Shown here: positions 16,816-34,533 of the stretch, in pieces | Layout of the letters: each line of letters opens with the position of its first letter | Position numbering within the stretch: position 1 is the first letter of the stretch | Assembly (NCBI RefSeq): GCF_009914755.1 | Contig: NC_060930.1 | Strand: one strand, 5' to 3' | DNA length: 64,000 nt | Source: the human T2T-CHM13v2.0 reference genome, Homo sapiens | The notes under the pieces: model-generated | The model's input: the letters and a program-made list of their open reading frames with translations, nothing else | Told to the model about the DNA's origin: nothing | The model's database searches: none | Program-made: the position numbers and the translations under genes

Positions 16816-17810
16816 ACATGCCAGGAAAATCTCTGCTCCTTAATTTTATCTCATTTAATTCTCTCCATACTGACACAACAAATATTTATTAATGCTCTGT
16901 TATGTGCCAGGCACGGCACTGAGGACTGAATATTTTATTATGGACATTTTAGCTCTTAAAAGATTTTTTTAACACTTAAAAATGAAAGTTAAGCCATTCC
17001 ATAATTTTCCTTTCAAAAGGTTAAGCAACATTTGCTATCTTCCAGTTGAGTTTAGAAACAACTCCTTTGACCATTTGTATGTTCTTTCCCAAGTCATGTC
17101 TTGTATGTTTGCCTCTGTGTGCTTTGAAAGCAAAAGTCACAGAACTAGAAAGCAACAGGGAAGTCCTACTATGGCTTGTGATACTAACCGATCAGTCTAT
17201 CTTCTTTTCCGTTTCTTTTTACTCTTCACATTGTCTAAATGGTGTTCTCAGTTTCTGTAAGCTCTGCTCTTAACCCTGTATATTCTTTATTTTAGAGTGT
17301 GTACCCACTATAGAGGCAGTATCCATCACATCAGTGCAGTAGCAGCTTCAGGATTCTATGTAGAAGTGTCTCTGCGTGGCCATCTATGCTGAAGGAAAGG
17401 CTGGTTAGAGGACACACCTTAGTGACTCTGAAAGTGCTCCTAAATTATCCAATTCTATAAGCTTCGGTTTTTACATTTGCTAAATTGGAAAACAATACTT
17501 ATCTCACAGGACTGTAATAAAGGTTAGTGAGATAAATGCAATGTCCCTGGCTTATATTATGCATATCAATGAATGGTAAGTACTATTAATATTGTGTAGG
17601 CCATTAAAATTGAGAGGCAGTTCCAGAATATGTTTGGGTATGCATGCTGTTGTCAGAACAGATTGAAGATATTATATAAGATTATTGCCAAATCAATGAG
17701 TGATTTAAAAAAAGATTCTATGACCTTTATATTTGAAAGCCAGATGCAACAGATTTAGAACTAAATGGTTTTCATATTTGACAAATGTTGAAATCTGTTT
17801 AGAAGCATAG

Positions 17811-18023
<213 letters not shown>

Positions 18024-18436
18024 TAACACAAATAACTGTTAATATTGAAATGTTCTGTTTCTCTCCTAAATTTCTAATTACTGTTACACAATATGATTAA
18101 GGAAGAAAATAAGTAAAAGTGTGTGTAATCTCGTCTCCTGTATGTTTGCTATTTTGTATCTTGATTTTCCTATTTCATAAAATAGAATTCTATGGAAAAC
18201 ATAATCCAATTTAGATTGGATTTCTTAAAAGTAAGACTGAGCTAAATGTGGTTGGCTACTTCAATTCTAGAAAATGATGATTTTAAAAAACAACAGGGGA
18301 GATTAAAGTTAGACACCTTGAAGAACTTCTCAATTGTTAAGAACTTGAAAATACTATAAAGACATAAAATTTATTGACTTTGTTTCAACTTATGGGTTGT
18401 ATAAAGGAATAAAAAGGCTCAGAACAATGTCTGCGC

Positions 18437-18570
18437 TATTGCTGCTCCAAGTATGGTCTCTGGACTAGCAGTGCTGGAATAACCTGGGCCCTACCCAGAC
18501 TCACTGCCTTTTTACAAGATCTTTAGGTGACTTGCACGCATTATGTACATTACAATTTGATAAATTCTGC
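18437..18570. mobile_element. MER5A-like remnant
   Basis: TGCTGCTCCAAGTATGGTC..GGACTAGCAG..TTTTACAAGATC..AGGTGA. Confidence 0.65.
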
Positions 18571-19488
18571 TCTGAGATATACTTCTAGGCTCTTTGTATT
18601 ACTGTGGGAAAAAAGCGTGGAGGCTAATTTATCTTTGTATATTCTTATGTTCCTAGTTCTTTACCTGGAAGCTCTTTTCATACTTTGCTAGTTTCAATAC
18701 ACACTCATTTTTGTTGTTGTTTCCCCTTCCTTCATCATAATTTTGTCTTCATTGAAGTATGGCTTGAGTCTTGACTATTTCACTTGAATTCTTCTACAGA
18801 GGGCAGTTCCCTCTAGTGATCTATAAATCAGGTTTCAACCTCTTTGTCCTACTGAAAATTCAACCTTTTGAGGATCCATAAATATTATGAGAGGGCTTAT
18901 TTAGATAAGTTGTATACAATAAGAAGTTAGAGAAAATTGTGTTTTGGGACATAGGAATAAATAAAATATAGTCCCATAATAAGATGTGAGAGCATGAAGC
19001 TTTGTGAATAGATGAGGAAATGTCAGAGAAGGAAAGAAGAGGAACTGTATTGTTTGGCATCAGTTCTTTTGTGTACCTGTAACTCATACTATTTCTGAGT
19101 CTACCCAGTTGGCCTGTTTTTACAGTAGAATCTTTGATGCACCCGTGGGCATATAATCAAGTGTGTATGTAGATTCCATTAAAAGTGCAAAAAAAAAAAA
19201 AACACTTTTTAAAGAAAGTTATATCTATCTGCTCTAGTTTCGCTCCTCATGGAAACTCAGTCCTTATTTCCTACTATAATGGAAAAATGAGAGGGGAAGA
19301 AAGGGAGAAAAAACCGGTACAGATCAGTCTTGGAGGCAAGCTAAGAAAATCCATGGCTTGTTGAAGACTTTGCCAGAATATACAGTCTTTACTGACTTTC
19401 ACTCTGGCTCCTTTATTATTGACATCAACATCTGTCATTCCTCTATAAGCTCAAATTTTACCAAAAGGAGAAGTAGAGTATGCTATAC

Positions 19489-19801
<313 letters not shown>

Positions 19802-19963
19802 ACTATACTTCTTATATTTGTATTTACCGGATGTATTTTTGTTTCTAAATACATGTTAAGATGGCAGCTTCTCTCCCATGGATGGTATCGGGGTTGGCCT
19901 GAGAGTATATTTGAGCCAAAAGAGGCAACCAGTGGAGTCCATCTTCAGTAAAACTGTGTGTTT

Positions 19964-19969
19964 TTTAAT
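19964..19969 (-). terminator. Candidate poly(A) signal ATTAAA for the short (128-aa) TMEM244 isoform
   Basis: tttaat on plus strand ~113 nt past the TAG; the next AATAAA is at 19412-19417. Confidence 0.4.
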
Positions 19970-20081
19970 TATCTTAGATATTATTATTATCTTAGAAAGA
20001 CAATAATTGTAAAATCTATGAGAAAATAAAATATATTTCCACAGTTATTCTATTTAACATTATTTCTGTGCATTAGAGAAT

Positions 20082-20149
20082 CTAAACAAGCAATTTCGAT
20101 ATACCTAAAGCAGCCCACCAATGTGATGTCAAGGGGAATTCCAACATAA
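20082..20149 (-). CDS. TMEM244: TMEM244 exon 5 CDS ((V)MLEFPLTSHWWAALGISKLLV*); internal donor at 20105
   Basis: Acceptor ttctattgcag|TT; 68 nt ending in TAG; exons total 387 nt = 128 aa + stop. Confidence 0.95.
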
Positions 20150-20768
20150 CTGCAATAGAAAAAAAATGTTTAATTTCAAAACATGCGTTTTTATATTTTG
20201 CTCAAGAAGAAATACGTCTGTTTGGTCAAATTATATCCACTCAACAAGAGAAGGTTTATCCATGTTCATGAAATCAGGTAGCCCCAAGTTGTACTTCAGT
20301 CCTGGTCTAAAAGGTCATTTGTTAAGTCAAACCTTTACAACTCTTCTCCTAGAAATAATGCTATGAATTGTGAGGTTCTCAGATCAGCTCCCAAAGTTGA
20401 TTTTAAGTGATGATCCTCAGGCCGTCCTGAATCCTCAATGCCTAGTTCCCTCAGGAATTCCAAACCACTTCACTCTGAAGTCACTTCTGTCCAGTAGTCA
20501 TTTGTTAACATTTTCTAAGTGCCACATGTTAGATCATTAACTCATAACTTTTCTAGGTCCAGAACCTATAGCTCATTTCAACCCTGAGGATTGAACCAGC
20601 TATACTCCAAGCCCTTTTGCAAATATCAGTGGCTGTCTTGCAGAAAAAATTAAGCCCCAAAGTAAAATAGAGCACTTCAGAAGCAGAGTGTTGGGGGCGG
20701 GGTGTCCAGTGATTGTTTGAGTTACTGAGGGAGGGTTTGTGTCTGTGGAAACTGATAGTAGGTGATGA

Positions 20769-21242
<474 letters not shown>

Positions 21243-21849
21243 TGAATTATAACCTGTGGTTGGTTATCACTCATATTTTGACTGACATGCTTTAAAAAAA
21301 AATAAGGCGGTATAGTAAGGGAGAAAATACGGCGGATGAGTACATTTTGAGTGGATAGGTGAACAAATGGATGAAATATTCATTTACTGAGTAATTATTA
21401 TCTGCTAGACACATGTCAGACAATTTCTCATTATCTAATTGAAACCTCATCAGGTTTCCCCCATTTTGTAGAGAAGGAAACTAATGTAAGAGATGTGACT
21501 TGTCCACAACTACCCACCTAGTAAAAGGTAGGACTGGAATTTGTATCTGTTTTCTTCTGGCTCCAAAAATCACAGGTAGAAATAAAAACCACTTAATCTA
21601 AGAACTGGTATTTATTTTAAAATAACTATTGTTGGATAGGCGTCCGTGCATCCCCCGAGTCTTTGACAGTTTCTGCCCTCAGGGAAGGATTTTGGAGGAA
21701 AAATATGTCTTACAGGGCAAACCTTGCCCAGTTGGTGATAAGTTGAATGTGAAAGGGAAGCATCTCTATTTCAGTTTAGTTCTGAATCAGATTGGATGTT
21801 GAAAAAGAAAAATGATGCAGGGAAAACCAGGGTAATACAAATAAAGTTT

Positions 21850-22030
21850 AGCTAATAATAGTATTATACCAATGTTAACTTATTAGTTTTGAAAATTGTG
21901 CTATGGTTATATGAAATGCTAACATTAGGGGAAGCTGAGTGAAGGGTACATGGGAACTCTCAGTTATATTTTTGTAACTTTTCTGTAACTCTAAAATTAT
22001 TTCAAAATAAAACGCTTTTAAAAAAGTTAA
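21850..22030 (+). mobile_element. L1MC/L1MD-type 3' end
   Basis: ACATTAGGGGAAGCTGAGTGAAGGGTACATGGGAACTCT..CTAAAATTATTTCAAAATAAAA. Confidence 0.75.
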
Positions 22031-22222
22031 AAAAACCTCCCTGAGAAGAGTGGTACAAAAAAATTTGGCTGGAAAGAGGGATGAAGACCTTTCATCTTCA
22101 GTTTTTATCATCTAGCTATCATACAAGAATATGCAGACAACAAAGTTCTACTCAGGAAGTGGTTTATGTCCAACATCTGTTTTAATACATTTTCCTTGTT
22201 TCTGTTATTTTATTCTGCTTAC

Positions 22223-22348
22223 CAGTTGAAGTGATGGCAACATGAAGAATAGTGACTGAAATAGCATAATCCCAAACCCATTCTCCCACAACTGGAACAA
22301 AAAGCAATCCACAAACAAAGTAGGTGACCTCTGTTGAAACTAAAAGAA
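22223..22348 (-). CDS. TMEM244: TMEM244 exon 4 ((V)LLVSTEVTYFVCGLLFVPVVGEWVWDYAISVTILHVAITST)
   Basis: tatttgcag|TT ... CTG|gtaag; 126 nt, phase 1-1; two hydrophobic segments. Confidence 0.96.
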
Positions 22349-23814
22349 CTGCAAATACAAGGAAGAATATAATTATTGAGGACTAGAGCAATGAACATTC
22401 TGAAATACAACTAGTAACAAGACCAGGAAAGCTTACTTTGAGAATAAATTTTGGTAAGAATTTTTTAAATGTTCCATTTCCTAACAATCCTCAAATTTGG
22501 ATAAAACAATTAACATATTTTATCTTTTAACAATTTTAAGATTTATAGAAAACCACAATATATCATTTCTGTTTCACATTCGTGTTTAACATTTTAGAAG
22601 TGAAATACAATAAAGAAGTGTTACAATATAACCAATATGTGCAAATCTGTAATTGGATTGCAAATCTCATTTTAAGATATATTAAAAACTAATGAAAAAA
22701 TCCAGTTCTGAGTTTTAAGAAATGAAAAAAAATTAAACCAAATGTAAGAGTTTATTGAACTACAACGTTTGTCTGATACCAAGCACTGCCTAACTTGGAA
22801 ATGAGTTCCTTTGTGTTTTTGTAATAAAATGGTTCGTTCAGATTGTCACTTGGGAAACATAACTGATAACCATGGATGAAAGAAAGTCTCATAAATGACA
22901 GGTATGGATGGAGACACCCTTCTAAATCCACTGGTAGTGACAGAGTAGTTTACCTGAACACGTATAAAGAGCTAGATATTTACAGGTGAGAACCACAAAT
23001 CTCTAAGAGCCCTGAACACCTGATGGGTCAATCTTTTGCCTCTTGTCTTTGATATGGATCTTTAAGACTAGCATGTTTTCAAAAGAGAGATCCATCAGTC
23101 TTTGAAGTGACAAATATATGTGATATAGCACCAAGGTCCCTTTGTAAATGATACCACTTTCCATAAAAATTACCTTTCTTTCCTCTTAAAACACAGAAAA
23201 TAAGTGATATGTTCATATAATTCAGGAATAAATAAATCTAAGCAGACAAACTCTATATTTTTCAAAGCAAAAAATAAAATAATCACCTTATGTCCTACTG
23301 TGCAGAAGTAATTTATTATCCAGCAAGCCAGCGATTGCAGTCGGTAAGCGAGGCACCAAGGAAGCATGCCCCAGGTGCAATCTTTTTAAAGGCCTCACAC
23401 ATATTCCTCTTCAATTCTATTTAATTTAACTTAACAGGTTTCAAAAGTTAAATACAGAATTCATACTAACTCCTTTTCTATTGCACAGGAATTCCTTTGA
23501 TCAGTGGAGATCAGTTCAGCATGCCCTGCCACCTAATATCCAGGAAAGAACTGTCCTGTTGTGTCATATTGACACCATCTCTTTCCATCACATCTCATTC
23601 CTCCCTCCCCTACTGGTTTACAGAATCACGACATTATTGTAGGGAAACAGAGATGCCTCTTTTGTTAGCATTTAGAGATTTTATAGGTTAACTTGCAGCT
23701 GCTTGGAGATAGTGATTTTAGTCTTGTACAAGCTGCATTCATGTATATTAATAGAGAATACTTATGCTTTGTTCATGATAGGAAAGAAAGCATGACTTAA
23801 AGGAAGTAATACAA

Positions 23815-23877
23815 AATTTGAAGTCAAGATAACAGCATTCTAGTCTCGCTTTTACAGCATAACAGTCATAAGACCTT
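23815..23877 (+). mobile_element. MIR 5' part (continues at 30364-30470)
   Basis: TTTGAAGTCAAGA..ATTCTAGTCTC..GACCTT joins GAGCAAGATTTTAACTT..GTTTTCTTCTCCATAAATTGG..TTGTTGGGAGGATT. Confidence 0.6.
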
Positions 23878-24185
23878 GTCTGGGCACTGTGGTTCACACC
23901 TGTAATTCCAGAACTTTGGGAGGCCGAGGTGGGAGCATCACTTGAAGCTAGGAGTTCAAGGCCACACTGGGCAATATAGCAAGACTCTGTCTCTAAAAGA
24001 AATTGAAAAAAACTTAGCCTGGCATAATAGTGTGCTCCATAGTCCTAGCTACTCAGGAGGTGGAGATGGGAGGATCTCTTGAGTGCAGGAGTTTGAAGTT
24101 ACAATGAGCTATGATCATGCCACTGCACTGCACTCGAGACAGGGTGACAGAGTGAATCTCTGTCTCTTAAAAAAAAAAAAAAAAA
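23878..24185 (+). mobile_element. AluJ-type
   Basis: Diverged dimeric Alu with poly(A) tail directly abutting the L1. Confidence 0.9.
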
Positions 24186-24500
24186 GAGTTATGGAGTCAC
24201 TTCCAAGATGGCTGAATAGGAACAGCTCTGGTCTGCAGCTCCCAGTGAGATCGACGCAGAAGATGGGTGATTTCTGCATTTCCAATTAAGGTACCTGGTT
24301 CATCTCATTGGGACTGGTTGGACAGTGGGTGCAGCCCATGGAGGGCAAGCTGAAGCAGGGCAGGGTGTTGCCTCACCCGGGAAGCACAAGGGGTGGGGCG
24401 ATTTCCCTTTCCTAGCTAAGGGAAGCCATGACAGACTGTATGTGGAGAAACAGTGCACTCCTGACAAAATACTGCACTATTCCCATAGTCTTAGCAACCG

Positions 24501-24632
24501 TCAGACCAGGAGATACCCTCCCATGCCTGGCTCGGCAGGTCCCACACCCACGGAGCCTTGCTCACTGCTAGTGCAGCAGTCTGAGATAGACCTGCGACGC
24601 TGCATCTTGATGTGGAGATGGGTGTCTGCCAT
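24501..24632 (-). other. L1 ORF0 homologue, truncated to 43 aa (MADTHLHIKMQRRRSISDCCTSSEQGSVGVGPAEPGMGGYLLV*)
   Basis: Hand translation; retains the ISDCC..SVGVGP.EPG.G core of primate L1 ORF0. Confidence 0.65.
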
Positions 24633-25222
24633 TGCTGAGGCTTGAGTAGCTCACAATGTAAACAAAGAGGCCTGGAAGCACAAACTGGGTGGAGCACACC
24701 ACAGCTCAGCAAGGCCTCCTGCCTCTATAGATTCTACCTCTGGGGGTAGGGCATAGTAGAACAAAAGGCAGCAGTCAGCTTCTGCAGACTTAAACGTCCC
24801 GTCTGACAGCTCTGAAGAGAGCAGTTGTTCTCTCAGCATGGCATTCGAGCTCCGAGAACAGACAGACTGCCTCCTCAAATGAGTCCCTGACCCCCGTGTA
24901 GCCTGACTGGGAAACACCTCCCAGTAGGGGCCGACAGACACCTCAAACAGGCAGGTGCCCCTCTGGGACGAAGCTTCCGGAGGAAGGATCAGGCAGCAAT
25001 ATTTGCTGTTCTGCAGCCTCCACTGGTGATACCTAGGCAAACAGAGTCTGGAGTGGACCTCCAGCAAACCCCAACAGATCTGCAGCTGAGGGGTCTGACT
25101 GTTAGAGGGAAAACTAACAAACAGAAAAAAATAGCATCAAGATCAACAAAAAGGACATCCACCTCAAAACCCCATCTTTAGGTCACCAACATGAAAGACC
25201 AAAGGTAGATAAAACCACAAAG

Positions 25223-26250
25223 ATGGGGAGAAACCAGAGAAGAAAAGCTGAAAATTTTAAAAAACAGAGCACCTCTTCTCCTCCAAAGGATCACAGCTCC
25301 TCACCAGCGAGGGAACAAAACTGGGTGGAGAATGAGTTTGACGAGTTGACAGAAGTAGGCTTCAGAAACCTACTTGGTAATAACAAACTTCTCTGAGATA
25401 AAGGAGCATCTTCTAACCCATTGCAAGGAAGCTAAAAACCTTGAAAAAAGATTAGATGAATGGCTAACTAGAATAAACAGTGTGGAGATGATGTTAAATG
25501 ACCTGATGGAGCTGAAAACCAAGGAATGAGAACTTTGTGATGCATGCATAAGCTTCAATAGGTAATTCCATCAAGTGGAAGAAAGGATATCAGTGACTGA
25601 AGATCAAATTAATGAAGTAAAGTGAGAAGACAAGATTAGAGAAAAAAGAGTGAAAAGAAATGAACAAAGCCTCCAAGAAATATAGGACTGTGTGAAAAGA
25701 CCAAATATACATTTGGTGGGTGTACCTGAAAGTGATAGGAGAATGGAACCAAGTTAGAAAACACTCTTCAGGATATCATCCAGGAGAACTTCCCTAACCT
25801 AGCAAGGCAGGCCAACATTCAAATTCAGAAAATAGAGAGACACCACAAAGATACTCTTCTAGAAGAGCAATTCGAAGACATATAATTGTCAGATTCGCCA
25901 AGGTTGAAATGAGGGAAAAAATGTTAAGGGCAGCCAGAGAGAAAGGTTGGGTTACCCACAAAGGGAAGCCCATCAGACTAACAGTGGATCTCTTGGCAGA
26001 AACCCTACAAACCAGAAAAGAGTGGGGGTCAATATTCAACATTCTTAAAGAAAAGAATTTTCAACCCAGAATTTCATATCCAGTCAAACTAAGCTTCATA
26101 AGTGAAGGAGAATTAAAATCCTTTACAGACAAGCAAATGCTGAGAGATTTTGTCACCACCAGGCCTACCTTACAAGAGGTACTGAAGGAAGCACTAAACA
26201 TGGAAAGGAACAACAGGTACTAGCCACTGCAAAAACATGCCAAATGGTAA
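25223..26250 (+). pseudogene. L1 ORF1, disrupted
   Basis: ATGGGGAGAAACCAG start; premature stops and frameshifts, only fragments are open (e.g. 25909..26223). Confidence 0.9.
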
Positions 26251-26313
26251 AGACTTTAGACGCTATGAAGAAACTGCATCAATTAACAGGCAAAATAACC
26301 AGCTAACATAATA

Positions 26314-30135
<3,822 letters not shown>

Positions 30136-32295
30136 ACAAAGAACACTTGGACACAGGGCGAGGAACATCACACACTGGGTCCGGTCGGGGGGTGGGGGGC
30201 TGGGGGTGGATAGCATTAGGAGAAATATCTAATGTAAATGACGAGTTGATGGGTGCAGCAAACCAACATGGCACAGGTATACCTATTTAACAAACCTGCA
30301 CATTGTGCCCATGTACCCTAGAACTTAAAATATAATAATAATAAAAAAGAGTTATAAGGTGTTGAGCAAGATTTTAACTTTCAGGTCAGTCTGTTTTCTT
30401 CTCCATAAATTGGAATATGGAGTATTATTTATCTCAAAAAAATTGTTGGGAGGATTTTAATGTAAAATGAAAGGAATTTGCAAACTATTCTCTGCGATGC
30501 AAAGGAAAGATATTAGTAATTGGAGTGTTTTAACTGGACTCACACTTTCCAGTGTCCTTGCTAAAACTGATCTCCTGGGTGACAAAATTATTGAAACCTA
30601 CACAAAACCTGACCATAATAAATACATGCCAAAGTCTCTGAGGTTACTCTTATATTTCATTAATATCTCTGAGATTAGACAGGTATAGATTCTCACAGCA
30701 ACAACTTTGAAGAGTTATGACATTTATCTCCCCAAACCCAAAATTAAAGATCTAATACGCTAAGGTTTTATTGATATCTTTGTACAAATGTTTGTGTTTC
30801 ATGAGAGGAAAGGACGACTGTAAACTCTGCCAGCCATTTTGGAGATCTTCGCTAATCCCTGCTATGTAAAAGTTCATCACTAATCTCTGCTATGAAAAAA
30901 CACAGCCTTCTCCCATAAGCCTGTGATATTGCCCTTTCTTTATTGACTGACCCAAAGACTAGAATTAAATAATGACAGTTGAGTGTTCAATCTCTCCCTC
31001 TACCCAAAACACACACATGGCCCATACTTGACTCTTTACTGGGACTATTTTCTTTTTAATCATTTGTGGATAGTGTTGGCAAAAACTAGGGAAGTGCCTG
31101 AAAGAAAGTTAAGATAAAGTCTTAGACCTCTTGTATCTCAGAATCGAAGTATCTTGTTCTCACATATGCTTTGCTATCCAAAATTGAATCAATAATGGCA
31201 CCAAACAAGGCTGTACTAAAGCTTTTTATTTGAATTCAGTAACTCTAACTGACCAAGTTTCCTATACAAATTATAGTAGAAATCCTGTTTCATTGGCCTC
31301 CAGCAATTTTTCTATATTTGCATATTTGTACCCCAAAAATATTCTCCAGTGGTTTTCTAATGAATTGTATTGTTTAAGGAATTGACAGTACATTAAAAAA
31401 CAAGAATAGGGAAAAACTTAACAAAATATTAAGAGTAATTACTGTATACAGAATGTAAGTATGCGATTTATTTTATTTTTCTCCTTTCTGCTTGTAGATA
31501 TTTTCTAAGCTTTCATTAATTAATATGTTTTATGATAGAAAACATTCAAATTTTACTTTTCTGAAGATGGGGCAAACTCACCATGAAGCGCCCCCAAACA
31601 AGAATGTTTTACATATATTCAAGGTACATAGGTGTGAAGGTTTACAAACATACTAGATATTAATTAATAACTATTCAACAAAAATGCCAAATTTAAAAGA
31701 GAGAAATTTTGCCTTAGTGTATTCTTTCTTATTGTTTTTCTTCTGCAGCAAGTTCTATACTATTTTGGGAAGAAAAATAAAACCAAGCAGAAATGTACAA
31801 AGTAGAGAACGAAAGTTCTCTGTCATCCCAGATGGGAGATAACAGTTTGTTGCATAATTCTCCAGACTTCTTATCACTGACACCATGTATTTTATTTTAT
31901 GCTACAAAAATGAAATTGTATTATATGAACTCTTTTGCTGTATTTAATTTTCTATTTTATATCTCACAAATATTTTTCTACATCAGCACATTAAGTCATT
32001 ATTCTTCCTTTTCTTTAAAAATAATCAACAAAAATTTACCCCCAATACAATGAAATGAAAATTTATATAGGAATTCTCATTCTTTTTCTCCACTTATTCC
32101 ATATTACTCCACCTGCATGGAATAACAACTTTAAAATTTTTGATGGCACTTTTCCTAATTAATTTTTGAAATCAGATAAAATACATAGATGACTGCGAGA
32201 CAGGCCTGATATTTAAAATTTTTTTATTAAAAAATTTATGGGGTTAGTGGCATTTAGTTCACTAATTGATAAGAATTTAAAATTAAAACAATTAC

Positions 32296-32369
32296 CTTTA
32301 TAGTTTATGTTGAGCCATGAGGGATTTGTTTTGAAATCAAATGGAGCCAGGACATTCAACTCATGCACC
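32296..32369 (-). CDS. TMEM244: TMEM244 exon 3 ((E)VHELNVLAPFDFKTNPSWLNINYK)
   Basis: catctttag|G ... AAAG|gtaat; 74 nt, phases fit both neighbours. Confidence 0.96.
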
Positions 32370-33119
32370 CTAAAGATGTTATAAATGAAAACAGTTTACT
32401 CTGAATGAGGCAGTTCATAACAGCACATCAAAGTGACACACGTTACTATTTTCATACAAGGATAAGCTATGCGATTTACCCACATTGTGGCACATTTCAA
32501 AACTGGCTGGAATGTGAAGGAATCAGCAATGAAGATAATAATCTCTATAGAATCTTTTTCTGACTCAAACATCTCACTCTTCTTGCTAGAATTACAAGTT
32601 GTGGTAACAGTTACAGCAAAATTTCAGATCAGTCATTAGGTGAGACGGTATAAAGGTAACAAGGGACAAGGCAACGTCTAGTTACGAAATGTAAACTCAC
32701 TTCATGACCAAACCAGTAGTTCTTCAGATGTAAAACAGGTTCACCTAAATGGTGCTATAACATATTTTTTAACATTAAGTGAGCTACTGTAGCAGTTAGA
32801 ATAAATTAATTAAATGCTAAATACATCTCATCATGGATATATTTTTGAAATGTAATGTTGAAAAAAAGTTACAAAATGACACCTATTATATGATACCATT
32901 TGTATTAAAAAAACCTGCTAAGCAGAAAAAAATGAAGTGAGCTAAAAAGAGTTTTTAAAAACTGGCTGACTTGGATGACAGCCAAATAACATTTTGTCCA
33001 CCTTGTCATCTTTGTCCAATTAAGTTCCACTTTGTCCACCAAGTGGACTTAATTTTATTTGATGTCTCAGCTAGAATCTTGATAGTTCCTGCCATCAAAC
33101 ATAGAAGGAGAACGTAATA

Positions 33120-33290
33120 CCATGGAGACAGCGCAGGCTTGAAAAACAACAAGATACAGGTTCTAATCCTGGTGGTGCTATAACCGTGCACTTGGGCAAG
33201 TCACCTAACCTCTCTGGGCTCAAATTTCCTACCTATAAATTGAAGAGATTAATCTCTGAGTTCCCTTCCTGTTCTAAAATCTGAGTCTAT
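33120..33290 (+). mobile_element. MIR/MIR3
   Basis: GGTTCTAATCCTGG..CTTGGGCAAGTCACCTAACCTCTCTGGGCTCAAATTTCCT core. Confidence 0.75.
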
Positions 33291-33809
33291 TAAAGCATAC
33301 AGCTGGACTTTATATTATACCCAAGTTTGTAGTCGTGTGCAGCTGGCCAACCAGTTAGCTGCCTCCTGAAGCTTTAAGGTCTAATTACTTCAAATTCCTC
33401 ACCTCTGACTCATGTTAACTACAAACCCTTAAAATCCGGTGCTCAGAGAATCCTAGAGAGTCTTGCCTTCTCCTTTCCCCAGGCATAGCCTCACTGTCTC
33501 CAGTCCCAGGGAGGAGGCTGAGGCTGCACGTGAGCGCCAGATACTTCCTCCGTGGGCTTGCCTGCAAGCATGCTGAATAACATTCTTTCCATTGCAAACA
33601 TTGGTATCATTATTTTTTGATAGTTGCATATTGGTATTAATTCGCATATTGAAATAGAATTCCTTGCTTGCACAATAAAATTAAATTGTGTAAGCACTCA
33701 ATTTCTAAGAAATCATTTGTAAATATACATAATGTATCTCAAGGCAACCAATATATTGGCAGCCAAAATCTGTAGAGACAAAATTCAACCATAGCAAGAC
33801 AAAAAATTA

Positions 33810-34030
33810 CCTGAAAAATAATGTTTTACACTTACATAAAGATGATACCATTAAAATACACGTATTATCCCATTTTGTCCTCATAATAACTCTTTTTTGG
33901 ATGATTCCATTTGACAAATGAAGGCATTGAAATAGGAGATACACTGTCGTTTGGTCAAGATGATTCAGAAAGTTAGTAAGAACTTGGGTCAGAATGTAGG
34001 TCTCTTGCCTCCCAAAAGCTATTTCCAATA
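33810..34030 (-). mobile_element. MIR
   Basis: ATTATCCCATTTTGTCCTCATAATAAC..CCATTTGACAAATGAAG antisense core. Confidence 0.6.
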
Positions 34031-34263
34031 TAACAGAAATTATTTAAATTGGATGTGGATGATCTTTAAGCTCCTTTCTTGTTCAAACCTTCTCTGATTC
34101 AATACCAGACCAGGGAGTAATGGGTTCGCTTTCTTTCCATGAGCATCCTCTGAAGAGGTAAGAGAAACAGTCCTAAGTGATTCTATCCACTTCATTTCAT
34201 GATTGTTACTTTTATCATTTTCAGATAGAACATTTGCCTATTTTTACTTAAATAATGAAAGTA

Positions 34264-34405
34264 GGCTGGATGCAGGGGCTCATGCCTGTAATCCTAGCAT
34301 TTTGGGAGACCAAGGCAGGAGGATCATTCAAGGCCAGGGATTCAAGACCAGCCTAGGCAACATAGCAAGACCTTGTCTCTACCAAAAATAAAAAATAAAT
34401 AAAAG
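34264..34405 (+). mobile_element. FLAM (Alu left monomer)
   Basis: Single left arm ending CTCTACCAAAAATAAAAAATAAA. Confidence 0.85.
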
Positions 34406-34533
34406 TAAGAAACTATGTCTTTAAAAAAATCCACATCCTCTAATCCATAAAGACATATGAAATGTTAAATATAAACATCTTTCCTATTCAATGTTAGCTT
34501 TTTAATTCTATTTGAAGACAATGTGCTACTTAC

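Noticed and set aside
22349-22399. Alternative acceptor ttgtatttcag| 51 nt upstream of exon 4
   Set aside because: The length is in frame, but it reads E-C-S-L-L-stop, so it gives no extended protein (at most a poison event)
22219-22410. 63-aa ORF from the track (MYFRMFIALV...)
   Set aside because: It is an alternative frame over TMEM244 exon 4; the spliced frame is the coherent one
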